A stretch of DNA of 64,000 nucleotides from a candidate division WS6 bacterium OLB20. Lineage in GTDB: Bacteria > Patescibacteriota > Dojkabacteria > B142 > OLB20. The stretch lies in assembly GCA_001567355.1 (NCBI GenBank), contig JYNZ01000002.1, positions 199,477-263,476 on the forward strand, written 5' to 3'. Under the pieces are notes generated by a model, which worked only from the letters and a program-made list of their open reading frames with translations, searched no databases and was not told the origin of the DNA. The translations under genes and the position numbers were made by a program. Positions 48,144 through 59,906 of the stretch are shown here, piece after piece; position 1 is the stretch's first letter; each line of letters starts with the position of its first letter.

Positions 48144-49550
48144 ATGACTACTGATATTACTCTCGATAACATTACAGCTCTGGCTAAAAGACGCGGCTTT
48201 ATCTATCCGTCCTCGGAGATTTATGGAGGACTGGCCAACACATATGATTTCGGTCCATACGGAACAGAACTGAAGGAGAATGTCCGCCGTCTTTGGTGGG
48301 ACCGGTTTGTCAGGGGACGTGAGGATATGTATGGTATCGACTCAAGCATTATCATCAACCCGTCAGTGTGGGAAGCAAGCGGACATGTGGCAGCATTTGG
48401 TGATGTGATGGTGGAAGATACAAAGACCAGAAAGCGTTACAGGGCTGATCATATTATTGAGGACTTTGCAGACTCTGCCAAAGATCTCTCTGATGAGGAA
48501 CGTGAGATGCTGCGTAAGGTTGACGGAAAAACAGCAGATGAACTTCAGCAGATCATCGAAAAATACACTATCAAGTCGCCTGACGGCAACAGTTTTACAC
48601 CTGCCCGAAAATTCAACCTGCTGTTCGAGACCAAAATCGGTATTGTTGAAGGAGACAAATCTCAGGCATATCTGCGCGGAGAGATTGCGCAAGGCCTGTT
48701 TATCAACTACCCCAACATTATTGACAGTATGCATCCCAGGCTGCCGTTTGGTATTGCACAGGCAGGCAAGGCATTCCGCAATGAGATCACAAAGGGGCAG
48801 TTTACCTTCCGCACGCTTGAGTTTGACCTGATGGAGTTTGAATACTTCTTTGATCCCGAGGAGGACTGGAACAGTCTGTTTGAATACTGGAAGGAAGAAA
48901 TCCACGCATTTGCGCTCTCGACAGGACTGCGCGAGGAAAACCTTCGCTGGCGTCCGCATGAGGATTTTGAACTTTCCCACTATTCAAAACGTACTGAGGA
49001 TCTCGAGTACAAATTCCCCTGGGGTTACAAGGAGATGTTTGCCTGTGCATACCGTACAGACTTTGATCTGCGCAATCATGCAGAGCACAGCGGTAAGGAC
49101 ATTTCGTACAGAACGCAGGAGGGCCGAAAATTTATCCCTCATGTGATCGAACCGACATTTGGTCTTTCACGTCTGATTACCATCCTGATGATGGATGCCT
49201 ACCGTGAAGAGGAGGTTAACGGCAAAAAACGCACTGTGCTGGCATTTGCCCCCAGGATTGCCCCTGTAAAAGCTGCTATCTTCCCGCTGCAGAAGGATGA
49301 ACAGCTGCATAAACTTGCGCGTGATATCTATACTGATTTGTCAGACTCCTTCAGCGTCGAATATGAAAACAAGGGCAACATCGGTAAAATGTACAGACGG
49401 CATGATGAGGTCGGTACACCGTTTTGCATCACTGTTGACTTTGACAGTCTGACCGACAAGTCTGTCACTGTCAGAAACCGTGACACGATGCAACAGGAAC
49501 GCATGCCGATCGAAAAGCTTAAAGGATTTATCACTCAGATGACCGCCTGA
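48144..49550 (+). CDS. glyQS: glycine--tRNA ligase (alpha2 type)
   Basis: Class II aaRS motifs and the anticodon-binding C-terminus (RRGFIYPSSEIYGG, GLFINYPNIID, FRNEIT...FRTLEF). Start at 48144 is after the T-box terminator. Confidence 0.9.
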   Translation: MTTDITLDNITALAKRRGFIYPSSEIYGGLANTYDFGPYGTELKENVRRLWWDRFVRGREDMYGIDSSIIINPSVWEASGHVAAFGDVMVEDTKTRKRYRADHIIEDFADSAKDLSDEEREMLRKVDGKTADELQQIIEKYTIKSPDGNSFTPARKFNLLFETKIGIVEGDKSQAYLRGEIAQGLFINYPNIIDSMHPRLPFGIAQAGKAFRNEITKGQFTFRTLEFDLMEFEYFFDPEEDWNSLFEYWKEEIHAFALSTGLREENLRWRPHEDFELSHYSKRTEDLEYKFPWGYKEMFACAYRTDFDLRNHAEHSGKDISYRTQEGRKFIPHVIEPTFGLSRLITILMMDAYREEEVNGKKRTVLAFAPRIAPVKAAIFPLQKDEQLHKLARDIYTDLSDSFSVEYENKGNIGKMYRRHDEVGTPFCITVDFDSLTDKSVTVRNRDTMQQERMPIEKLKGFITQMTA

Positions 49551-50762
49551 TGAAGAAAAGAATCAAAGTACTGCTTGCAGGCGTTAAAGCCGGAGGGGGT
49601 CACATAAGCCTGAGGGATTTTCTCTATCAGCAGCTCGAGACAGACCAGGAGACATTCAGAAACGTATCCTGGACACATCCCGGCGAAGCTCTTGAAACAG
49701 CCGATCATCTGATACACTCGATCTCACCGTTTCTCTACGAGCTGACGTATTTCTTTTCACCCCGCTATCTGTCAGATATTTCGACGATAGCGACATTCAA
49801 TTTCCTGCGCGAATGCTACAAAGTGCTCAAGAGCGAGAAGCCGGATATCGTGCTTTCGACGCATTTTGTGCTCAGTCTGCACTTCAGCCTTGCAAAACGG
49901 CTGTTGCGGTCCAAAGCAGTAATCGTTAACTGCATTCCTGATTACGGGCCGCCATCAAAGATCATGCACCCGCGCCTGCCGTTCTTTCGCTCGGACCGCC
50001 TGATGGTGTTTGAAGAATGGACGCGTAAGGGCTCTGCGCAGCAGTACAAAGTACCTGAAGAAGATATTCTGCTCGCCGGATTTAATCCGAAAAAAGTGTT
50101 TGCCCAGACTGCTGCTAAATATAAGACAAAGCGCGATGCGCGTCTGCAGCTGATGAAGGTGCTTGACTATATGCCCTATACCCAGATGGATCCGGACAAG
50201 ACTACGGTGCTTGTATCTGCAGGAGCAGTAGACTCCCGCAAAACGTTTAAACTACTTAAAATACTTGCCAGAGAACAGAAGAACGATCCCTCACTGATAG
50301 ATCGCTACCAGTTTCTGGTAATCACCGGACGTGATATGAAGTACTTTGAACGTATCTCCGGCAACAGTAAAAAAGTTCCGGTCCTGGAGTAATATCTTTC
50401 CGCTGGCCTGGGTAGACCCTGAGGTGTATGCGCTCATCCAGTACAGCTGCGACTTTCCGATTCTTGGTGGCATTGCACCTGCAACCCTCAATGAACTTGT
50501 TGAATCAGAGTGTGGACCGCTGCTTGTTTTCCGCACGCGACCCGGACAGGAACTACCGCACAGGGCGTTTATCGAAGAAAAGGGACTTGGAAGATATGTA
50601 CCTGACAAAGACCGCCTGATGGAAATTCTGCAGGCAGGTCTCAGCCCCGAAGCTAAACAACGCTTCCTTGATCGCGGCAGAGCGTTTCGTGATGATCAGG
50701 CCCGTCGCGCAGCGGAGCTGCCGTCGCTGGTAAAGTCACTCTACGAATCCACCCATAAATAA
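49550..50762 (+). pseudogene. GT28-family glycosyltransferase (MGDG synthase/MurG-like), split by a frameshift at the A6 run 50369-50374
   Basis: N-terminal domain KVLLAGVKAGGGH in ORF 49550-50392. C-terminal domain (NIFPLAWVDPEVYALIQYSCDFPILGGIAPATLNELVE...PGQE) in the +1 frame ORF ending at 50762. Confidence 0.65.
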
Positions 50763-50774
50763 TGATGCAGCAAT

Positions 50775-50804
50775 AAAAAGCGCCGCATAACAGCGGCGCT
50801 TTTT
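50775..50804. terminator. bidirectional rho-independent terminator between the GT28 gene and dnaK
   Basis: AAAAAGCGCCGC-ATAACAG-CGGCGCTTTTT. Perfect 7-bp GC-rich stem, flanked by an A5 run and a T5 run. Confidence 0.6.
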
Positions 50805-50825
50805 CATTCGTGCGGTCAGCAGGGA

Positions 50826-52739
<1,914 letters not shown>

Positions 52740-52767
52740 TGTCCGGTCGTAAAATATAAACTATCAG

Positions 52768-53298
52768 CTACGATTGATATCTGGCAGTGACGACCTTGGC
52801 CGTCCGGAAAACTGTTCCATTTGATTTTTTGTACCCTTTGCTTTCAACATGCATGACTGTGTTATCCTCTTTTTCGGAGTGAGCCGGCATAGTTGTGATC
52901 GCCTCCATCGTCTCAGGGTCAAATCTGTCTCCTTCGTTTACCTCGATTACTTCAAGCCCGATATCCTTGAGCACTCCCTCCAGCTTCTCAAACACCATGC
53001 TGAGTCCGTCAAGCTGTTTTTCGGGACCGGCATCCTTGCCGCTGTGTTTTACTGATCGGTAGTAGTCATCAATAATGTCAGCCAGACTGTGCATCAGCAT
53101 ACTGTTAGCCTGTTCCTTCATGGCTGCACGTTCTGCATCCATCCGCTTGCGATAATTCTGAAAGTCAGCCAGAGCACGAAGCTTTGCTTCATTTGCCTGT
53201 TCAAGCTGTGACTGCAGCTCACTGATGCGGTCATTGCTCTGATCTGTGACAGTATCGTCGCGTACGTTACTGCTGTCTGACTGTGTATCAGTTGCCAT
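52768..53298 (-). CDS. grpE: nucleotide exchange factor GrpE
   Basis: Coiled-coil N-terminus and GrpE C-terminal beta domain. Sits between hrcA and dnaK. Confidence 0.9.
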   Translation of the reverse strand: MATDTQSDSSNVRDDTVTDQSNDRISELQSQLEQANEAKLRALADFQNYRKRMDAERAAMKEQANSMLMHSLADIIDDYYRSVKHSGKDAGPEKQLDGLSMVFEKLEGVLKDIGLEVIEVNEGDRFDPETMEAITTMPAHSEKEDNTVMHVESKGYKKSNGTVFRTAKVVTARYQS

Positions 53299-53322
53299 AT
53301 GTTGATTCTAACAGGTAATTTT

Positions 53323-54045
53323 TTACCAGCCGCTCACAACCTGTGAGAGGTTGGTGGCAATAAATTCGAGCAGTGGAATGTTACGGGCATAGTTCATCCG
53401 GTTGGGACCTACAAGTGCCAGATATCCGTCTTTGCCACCATGCAGTTTTACAGGTGAAAACAGCATTGTTGTATCTGAAAAGATACCGTGTCCAGTATCC
53501 TCTCCGATCAGGATCCGTATCTGCTTGTCACCCCGATATCTGTTGAACATCTTACGCAGCAGACTGTTATCCTCGATCACTGCAAAAATATCACGCAGTT
53601 CTTCTTTACCTGCATAATCTGGCTTGCTGATCAGGTATGAAAATCCGTTATAGTAGGCACGGGACTCCATCGAAAAGACAGCAAGATTGCCGGTCTGCGC
53701 CGCCAGATGCTGCAGAGCGCGGTAAATAAGACTGTCACTGTCAAATCTTGCCTGAAACAGCTCTTCACGTATGCTGGCGCGCTCTTTTACCTCAAGTTCT
53801 TCAAGATCACTAAGCAGACGGTCGATAAAAAACTTAAACCCCATGTTTGTGGGAACGCGTCCGGATGATGAATGCGGCTTTTCAAGATACCCCTGCTTAA
53901 CAAGCTCTGCCATCTCGTTTCTGATCGTGGCAGGGCTGACTCCAAGACGGTACTTACTGGCAAGGTTCACCGAGCCGACTGCCTCAGCACTCTGAATGAA
54001 TTCATCAATAATTGCCTTGAGCAGCTTGCTCTGTCGTGGTGTCAT
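53323..54045 (-). CDS. hrcA: heat-inducible transcription repressor HrcA (compact, 240 aa)
   Basis: N-terminal wHTH (MTPRQSKLLKAIIDEFIQSAEAVGS). C-terminal LVGPNRMNYARNIPLLEFIA. Operon order is hrcA-grpE-dnaK. Confidence 0.8.
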   Translation of the reverse strand: MTPRQSKLLKAIIDEFIQSAEAVGSVNLASKYRLGVSPATIRNEMAELVKQGYLEKPHSSSGRVPTNMGFKFFIDRLLSDLEELEVKERASIREELFQARFDSDSLIYRALQHLAAQTGNLAVFSMESRAYYNGFSYLISKPDYAGKEELRDIFAVIEDNSLLRKMFNRYRGDKQIRILIGEDTGHGIFSDTTMLFSPVKLHGGKDGYLALVGPNRMNYARNIPLLEFIATNLSQVVSGW

Positions 54046-54078
54046 TGCCGGATATACTAGTTCACGGTACTATACCAG

Positions 54079-54108
54079 TTAGCAGAAAAGACTGTCAAGT
54101 GCTAAGCG
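54079..54108 (-). promoter_or_regulatory. degenerate CIRCE-like inverted repeat upstream of hrcA
   Basis: Minus-strand TTAGCACTT-N9-TTCTGCTAA. Matches the CIRCE arms at TTAGCA/TGCTAA with a 9-nt spacer. Lies about 35 nt upstream of the hrcA start. Confidence 0.4.
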
Positions 54109-55819
54109 GTCGGGCTGGTGGAATGATTATCTGTGCAGTGAGATTGTCTGAGGTCCCGCGTGCAAGTGCAAGTTTTTTCAGGGACAGCATTACCTGCTCA
54201 GGACTCATACCGTTTCTGATATCGGCAGCAGCTGCAGACAGCTCCGCGTTTGAGATCCGCTCAAAAAAACCGTCCGAACCGATTAAAAGCATATCACCGG
54301 GTGCAATAGTTCCGCTTACTGTATGAATATTCCGTCGGGGATTACGCTGGCGATCCACACCGACATCATCCACAATCAGATTACTGAAGACCGTACGCAG
54401 GATCATGTTCTGAACGTCAGCAGGCATGGTATCAAACCGTTCTCTGAAAAGGCGGAAGGATATGTCAGCTTCGGATCCCTGATACACTGTCTGCCGGAGC
54501 TCCTCTTTTTCTCTGTCTGTCAGCTCCGAAAAAGCTGTACGGACATATTCAGTATTGTATGGTTTACCCCCAAGAGAGTTGCAGAACTGATAAAAGTCCA
54601 TAAGTACGGACTCATACCTGGCGTACTCGTCACTGCTCAGCTGCTCACGAACGCGGCTGTCAGTCAGTCGCAGGTCTTCATACGCGTTTCGCATGTTTGC
54701 AATCTGCGTATCGGCTCCTTTATGTGTATCCAGCAGTTCTGCCACATCTCCATCCACAGTCAACAGGAACGCAGGCGTATCGCCTGCATATGCGATTTCG
54801 TAGTGATGACCGGTAATCTGTGCCATTGTTGCAGTGGTCTTGCATCCGTTTATCCGTCTGCGAAGATAGGAGAGGGGATTGCTGCCTTTTGCCAACCATT
54901 CCGGGCGGAAGTGCAGTGTTTCAATATCCTCGGCAGACAAATCAAGTGTATCACCGACCCTGACAGGCAGACCTGTAATCAGACCGTAAACCAGACGTGC
55001 AGCATTATCAAGTTCGTGCTGATCATAACCGTGACCGGGTTCCCTAAAACCATTAAGCAGGTCTGAAGGTCTGACCTTGAGCGCAAATGCAGGCAGCACA
55101 GCAACGATTGCAGCATACTCATCAGGTATTTCGCTCCAGTGCTCAGGGTCTAGAAACCAGTCAATCCCCAGAAACGACAGATTATCACGGATGTTAAAAA
55201 TAGCATCCTCAAGTTCAATATCAGTTAGCTCATTCAGCGGTAGGGCCCGTTTGAGCAGCTTACTGACGTGTGATTCGGGATCAGGATTGGCAGCATGCAG
55301 ATCAGCAAGCATTTTGTCCAGCTGCTGCCGCGAAGCAGGGATGTCCTTACTGTTGAACATCAAGGTGGAGATGCAGTTTGCAGACGTGATTCTTACCACA
55401 TCTTCGGCAGCCATAAACGGCCGGTAGGTTTTCTCCAGGAGATCCGCAGGTGCGAGCGCCTCACCGTTGTTCAGTACATCCCGTACAGCGGTCATAACAG
55501 TTGCTGCTGCCAGATCACCTCGATTTTTTACACCGACTCCATCATAAACTGCGGTATACGTTGTGCCTGGCTCAACCAGATGAACAGTCTGAGCAGCATC
55601 GTTATTTTCGGTTCGGGTAAAGATTCGCCTCTTGCCTGCCTCTGTCCCGCCGATATCTGTCAGGGACGCAACACGCGTCCCGTCTGGTAGAGTCGCTGAT
55701 TTTTCCTTATGGCTCAGACCCGGATTTATCGAGGTCTCCTGAAGAGCAGGCAGCTTACCGGTTTCACCTGTATGCAGCCGGTCTGTGTGACCCCCCGGGA
55801 TTAGCGCGGATGTAGCCAT
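54095..55819 (-). CDS. PP2C-family (PPM) Ser/Thr phosphatase-like protein with a large internal insertion
   Basis: PPM motifs AVYDGVGVKNRGDLAA near the N-terminus and LLIGSDGFFERISNAEL...ARGTSDNLTAQII at the C-terminus. The two are separated by about 300 aa of unassigned sequence. Confidence 0.5.
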   Translation of the reverse strand: MATSALIPGGHTDRLHTGETGKLPALQETSINPGLSHKEKSATLPDGTRVASLTDIGGTEAGKRRIFTRTENNDAAQTVHLVEPGTTYTAVYDGVGVKNRGDLAAATVMTAVRDVLNNGEALAPADLLEKTYRPFMAAEDVVRITSANCISTLMFNSKDIPASRQQLDKMLADLHAANPDPESHVSKLLKRALPLNELTDIELEDAIFNIRDNLSFLGIDWFLDPEHWSEIPDEYAAIVAVLPAFALKVRPSDLLNGFREPGHGYDQHELDNAARLVYGLITGLPVRVGDTLDLSAEDIETLHFRPEWLAKGSNPLSYLRRRINGCKTTATMAQITGHHYEIAYAGDTPAFLLTVDGDVAELLDTHKGADTQIANMRNAYEDLRLTDSRVREQLSSDEYARYESVLMDFYQFCNSLGGKPYNTEYVRTAFSELTDREKEELRQTVYQGSEADISFRLFRERFDTMPADVQNMILRTVFSNLIVDDVGVDRQRNPRRNIHTVSGTIAPGDMLLIGSDGFFERISNAELSAAAADIRNGMSPEQVMLSLKKLALARGTSDNLTAQIIIPPARPLST

Positions 55820-56622
55820 TACTGTTGCTGCTCAACATAAGGTATTGTTACTCTCCTGAGTCGTCTCAGGCCGTTGTCTTCGTAATCCTTAAGCAGTCCC
55901 TCAAGCGTCCAGTTTCTTCCGTCCTGGATCTCAAGCCAGTTCTGATCCTTGAGATGTGCTGTCTGATCCGTAACCTCGATCCTGCCGTGCCTGATGCCGT
56001 TGTCATCACCATACTGTTCTGATGAATGGACATAATCAATCCAGAGTACGCGGTCATCTTCACGCCCGACACGTTCGACAAGGAGGATATGATGTGCGTT
56101 TTTCTGCAGTCCCTTGCTTCTGATCAGATCCCCGGGACGAACATCCTGAATGGGGACAGGCACAGTGTTCGCAGGACTTGTGAGCGTATTTGCACCGGTG
56201 TTTTCGACGGGCCTGAGAAGCCTACGCAACTTTGCCGTCAATCCGCGTTCAGGATAGACAAGATACTGATCAATTGTACCCATGTGTTTTTCTGCCAGGA
56301 TGGCATTAAGAACATGCACAACAAATCCCGAGCAATCTATGCCAATATCGCAGTCCTGCAGAAACGCTCTCAGATCAGCTGCCGAGGCCTGCTGAACCGC
56401 AAATCCCTTGACCTGGGCAAGCACCATGACTTCACGTTCCATTTCTTTGGGATCACCCTTGCCGACCATGACACGCAAACCACCTTTCTGTTTGCGTTTG
56501 TTCATATAGTACGGTGCTTTGACACGCTTACCGCCAAGCTCAAGGTGCTCGTAGTCAGCAATCACGTCGAGACCGGCATCGGGTAGAGAATAGATAGTCA
56601 TATCAGTGTAATTGTCGTGCAA
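55819..56622 (-). CDS. hypothetical Cys-His protein (papain/NlpC-P60-like fold candidate)
   Basis: DCSGFVVHVL with a candidate catalytic Cys. AHHILLVER about 80 aa downstream. Translationally coupled to its neighbours. Confidence 0.35.
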   Translation of the reverse strand: MHDNYTDMTIYSLPDAGLDVIADYEHLELGGKRVKAPYYMNKRKQKGGLRVMVGKGDPKEMEREVMVLAQVKGFAVQQASAADLRAFLQDCDIGIDCSGFVVHVLNAILAEKHMGTIDQYLVYPERGLTAKLRRLLRPVENTGANTLTSPANTVPVPIQDVRPGDLIRSKGLQKNAHHILLVERVGREDDRVLWIDYVHSSEQYGDDNGIRHGRIEVTDQTAHLKDQNWLEIQDGRNWTLEGLLKDYEDNGLRRLRRVTIPYVEQQQ

Positions 56623-58027
56623 ATGAAATCAGCGTCTCGATACTCCAGGGGGCGGGTTTTCCATCAGAACCGATCAGACCCTGCGTGGCCTGGATACGGA
56701 CAGCCTCGTTACCTTCGGCAATGACAGTCCCTTTTCTGGGCGTAAGAATAAGAACGCCTGGATATTCACGTGTGTCTTCAATGGCATATGTTTTGTGCTG
56801 CAGAATCATTGGTTTATCCTGGTCTTCATCAAGAAACACAGTACCCGGCACGACCTCATTATTAAAACGATCTATTGCGCTGTTGTCACTCAAAAGCCGG
56901 TAAATACCCATTGCTATGTCTGATCCTGCAGTAAAGGATTCATCAGCACGCAGCATCATCTGAGCGTAATTAAGCGGTTCAAGTCCCGCTCGATTGTAGT
57001 CACTGACAGACAGTCCATGATCTATGCCGGTAAATGCAGCAAGATGCAGCATCGAAAGCGGCACCTGGCCGTGCATCAGCTGCAGCCGTGTATGAAACGA
57101 CACCGAAGCAGGCTGACGTGCGTTGATTTCGATGATATTCACCCGGTCACCGACAATCATGTCGATACCGAACAGACCGCGGTAGCCCTTGCTGTGCATG
57201 TATGCTCCCAGTCTTTCAATGTTGGCAAGAATTGACTCTTTAACTGCATCCGTTATCCCTGAACGGTAACTGAAGTCGTTTCCGATTGTTGCACCGGGAT
57301 CATCAGTCAGCCCTTCTACGCCGGTTATCTGATAGCTGAGCCCGGCACAGAATGTACCTGCATCAGTGACGCATGCATTAAGTGTGTACGGCAGTCCTTC
57401 TGCAAATGCACTGATTCGTGCACTTCTGCTCGGGAACTGCTGCTTCAGGCTGTCGTATGCAGCACTGCTGTCGATAAAATATGTTGCATTACCGCTGTGT
57501 CCGCGGTTGAACTGGATAACAAAGGCAGATCCGAACCCGGCTGCAAGTGTTGCATAGTCATGCTCACTCAGCATTATTACAGCCATACGAGGCGTATCAG
57601 TTCCTGCTGCAGCAAAGTGATGCGTCTGGCTGAGTTTTTCCTCAAAGCTGCGGTTGAGCTCGCCACTTGTGTTAAGGAGTGTAAAGCCCTTCGCAGTGAC
57701 AGCCTTTTCAAACCTGCCACTTACTTTAAAGGTCTGCACCCAGGCATCAGTGATATTCTTGGTGTTCAGATACTCTGTAAATTCTGATGATGCAAAAACA
57801 CGGGCCGCCGTCTCTGCTGTCAATGAACCCGGGTCGGAATGTTCTGCAAAACAAAAGTATTCAACACCGAGTTTATCAAAGTACTCGCGATAATAACTGT
57901 CCGTGACGTGGATGTTGTGAATGTTGTCCAGTGTGAGCTCCAGCCCAAGACCGCGTTCCGGGTCTCTACTTACGTAGAGCAGCGGTCGTTCATTTAACTT
58001 TGCCTGCAGTGCGTCAGACAGTGACAT
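56603..58027 (-). CDS. ATP-grasp domain ligase
   Basis: C-terminal ATP-grasp signature (GLFGIDMIVGDRVNIIEINARQ). 474 aa. Confidence 0.55.
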   Translation of the reverse strand: MSLSDALQAKLNERPLLYVSRDPERGLGLELTLDNIHNIHVTDSYYREYFDKLGVEYFCFAEHSDPGSLTAETAARVFASSEFTEYLNTKNITDAWVQTFKVSGRFEKAVTAKGFTLLNTSGELNRSFEEKLSQTHHFAAAGTDTPRMAVIMLSEHDYATLAAGFGSAFVIQFNRGHSGNATYFIDSSAAYDSLKQQFPSRSARISAFAEGLPYTLNACVTDAGTFCAGLSYQITGVEGLTDDPGATIGNDFSYRSGITDAVKESILANIERLGAYMHSKGYRGLFGIDMIVGDRVNIIEINARQPASVSFHTRLQLMHGQVPLSMLHLAAFTGIDHGLSVSDYNRAGLEPLNYAQMMLRADESFTAGSDIAMGIYRLLSDNSAIDRFNNEVVPGTVFLDEDQDKPMILQHKTYAIEDTREYPGVLILTPRKGTVIAEGNEAVRIQATQGLIGSDGKPAPWSIETLISFARQLH

Positions 58028-58535
58028 TGGAATATACCAGCAGCCTGCCGTTTAACAGTTTGCGGTCAGGCTTGCGGTCATAAAATGAAAACGTGTTACT
58101 GAATACGGTTGCACCAGGTTTTGCCTGTGCACTGATTTTGTGTGCAATCTTCTGCATTACGGCAGGGTAGAGGTAGGTAATGAAAACATCATACTCACCG
58201 AAGTCATGATGCAGAAAATCATCTCTGATGATATTGATTTTGTTTGCTGCAAAAAGATTCCGCATACGCATGATCAAAGTCAGAAACGGGTTTATCTCAA
58301 ACGCGTCAACACGGTGGCCCTCCTTCGCAAGAGCAAACGCAACACGTCCGTCACCAGCACCGAGTTCTGCAATCCTGAGTGTATTGCCATTTTCATTTAC
58401 AGCCTCTACAAGTCCATCACGGAATTTTCTGCTGCTCGGGTAGTATGGTGCACCCTTATAAATCGAGTATACCCAGTAAAAGATATACACCCAGGCCACA
58501 ATCAGCAGTCCGCTCCAGAATATCAGATCTATCAT
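58014..58535 (-). CDS. class I SAM-dependent methyltransferase
   Basis: Motif I LRIAELGAGDGRVAFALA and the post-I acidic residue (VDAFEI). Confidence 0.65.
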   Translation of the reverse strand: MIDLIFWSGLLIVAWVYIFYWVYSIYKGAPYYPSSRKFRDGLVEAVNENGNTLRIAELGAGDGRVAFALAKEGHRVDAFEINPFLTLIMRMRNLFAANKINIIRDDFLHHDFGEYDVFITYLYPAVMQKIAHKISAQAKPGATVFSNTFSFYDRKPDRKLLNGRLLVYSNVTV

Positions 58536-59417
58536 CGTCCGCTCATAACAGCTACAGGATACTTGTATTCATAACCATGCGCAACAGCTTTCTGCCAGGC
58601 GGCAAGCGCCAGCAGCGAGTTAAAAGAATATCCAGGTGCAGCATCCCTGGCATTGAGCAGTTGCTCATCGCTGATCACCCAGCCGCTGCCGTCACTTGCA
58701 CGAATCAGCTCTGTTACGTCGTTACGTCGCAGCACAACTCTGTCAACAATGCAGTCGCTCAGGCTCGACCCGGCAGGTAAGAAGTCCGAATCAAACTGTC
58801 CGGCTATGGGGTTGATGCGCACATTCTGACAGACATGTACCGCAACATTTTTCTGCAGACGGATAAATTCACGCGCGATTGCCACCGAGCTTGTTGCGCT
58901 GCTGCACGGGATGAATACGGCATCAATATGTGGTATCTGTTCAGCAAGCTCTGAAGCGATGGTTGCAAAACCAGGTAGAGCAGCTTCATCCTTTGAGCCA
59001 CGCAGATTAACGGCTTCGTGGTGTCGTGCAAACAGAATAGCATCTGATTTTGCCTTTCTGCCGCTGTGAATCCGGATCAGCGCTCCCTCGTACTTTTTGA
59101 GTTCATCCATTTTGTGCCCCGCAATTGTCTCGGACACAAAAAATGTCCAGTTCAGCACCTGCTGCTGTACATACCGCTGCCGCTGCGATTGCAGCATTGC
59201 CTGATGACGAGATCACAAACCGTTCCTGACCGCTGCGTATGTGAAAACCGATCTGGTATGCAAGACTGCGATCTTTAAACGATCCGGTCGGGTTTTCGTG
59301 CTCATTTTTAAGGTGTATTGTGCCTTCATTGGTCTCAAGCACGGTCAGAGTGGTGTCTCCAGGGCTTGTATAACGGTATTCAACCGGCAGATCAGATACT
59401 GGGTCACGGTTCCACAT
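58532..59417 (-). pseudogene. PLP-dependent enzyme of the Trp-synthase beta/cysteine synthase fold, split by a frameshift in the T6 run (plus-strand A6 59138-59143)
   Basis: N-terminal fragment carries the PLP-lysine motif ENPTGSFKDRSLAY and SSGNAAIAAA. The downstream frame continues FVSETIAGHKMDELKKYEGALIRI. Removing one T restores a protein of about 325 aa. Confidence 0.65.
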
Positions 59418-59495
59418 GGGTTGCCAATAATCAGGTAATCTCTGTACAATGCAAACGCATATCCTGCACTTGAATTACATATTAATCAACTTCAG

Positions 59496-59678
59496 ATGGA
59501 CGAGCAAACTACAACAACCGGAAAAACTCTCACATGCATTGAATGCAAAAACGAAACACAGCTGTCTGACACCCTGAAGCAGGGTGATGTCGTCGAGTGT
59601 GAATTCTGCGGAATCGAGTTCGAGGTCACAGAAGCAGGCGTTGAATATACACTCTCACTTATCGAAGACGAGAAGTAA
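59496..59678 (+). CDS. LysW-like zinc-ribbon protein (amino-group carrier protein candidate)
   Basis: CxxC-18-CxxCG spacing matches LysW. CEFCGIEFEV resembles the LysW CEDCGAELEV. Acidic C-terminus (…IEDEK), but the terminal residue is Lys rather than Glu. Confidence 0.45.
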   Translation: MDEQTTTTGKTLTCIECKNETQLSDTLKQGDVVECEFCGIEFEVTEAGVEYTLSLIEDEK

Positions 59679-59703
59679 TCACTGCAGGTGAAATAAATTG
59701 TCT

Positions 59704-59776
59704 GCTGGAGTAGCTCAGCTGGTAGAGCAGCGGTATCGTAAACCGTCGGTCAAGGGTTCAATTCCCTTCTCCAGCT
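59704..59776 (+). tRNA. tRNA-Thr (anticodon CGT)
   Basis: 73-nt cloverleaf. Acceptor GCTGGAG/CTCCAGC; D-stem GCTC/GAGC; anticodon stem GCGGT/ACCGT; loop ATCGTAA; T-arm AAGGG-TTCAATT-CCCTT. CCA is not encoded. Confidence 0.8.
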
Positions 59777-59906
59777 TTCAAAACACACGAACTTTTCAGA
59801 TCTTTCCCCCCCGTTTTCGTTGTCCTGTCACCCTATTGAGCGCTTCCTTGATTTGGCGACACTGACACTATGGGTTATACTATAGTATATATAAATACTA
59901 TAGATA

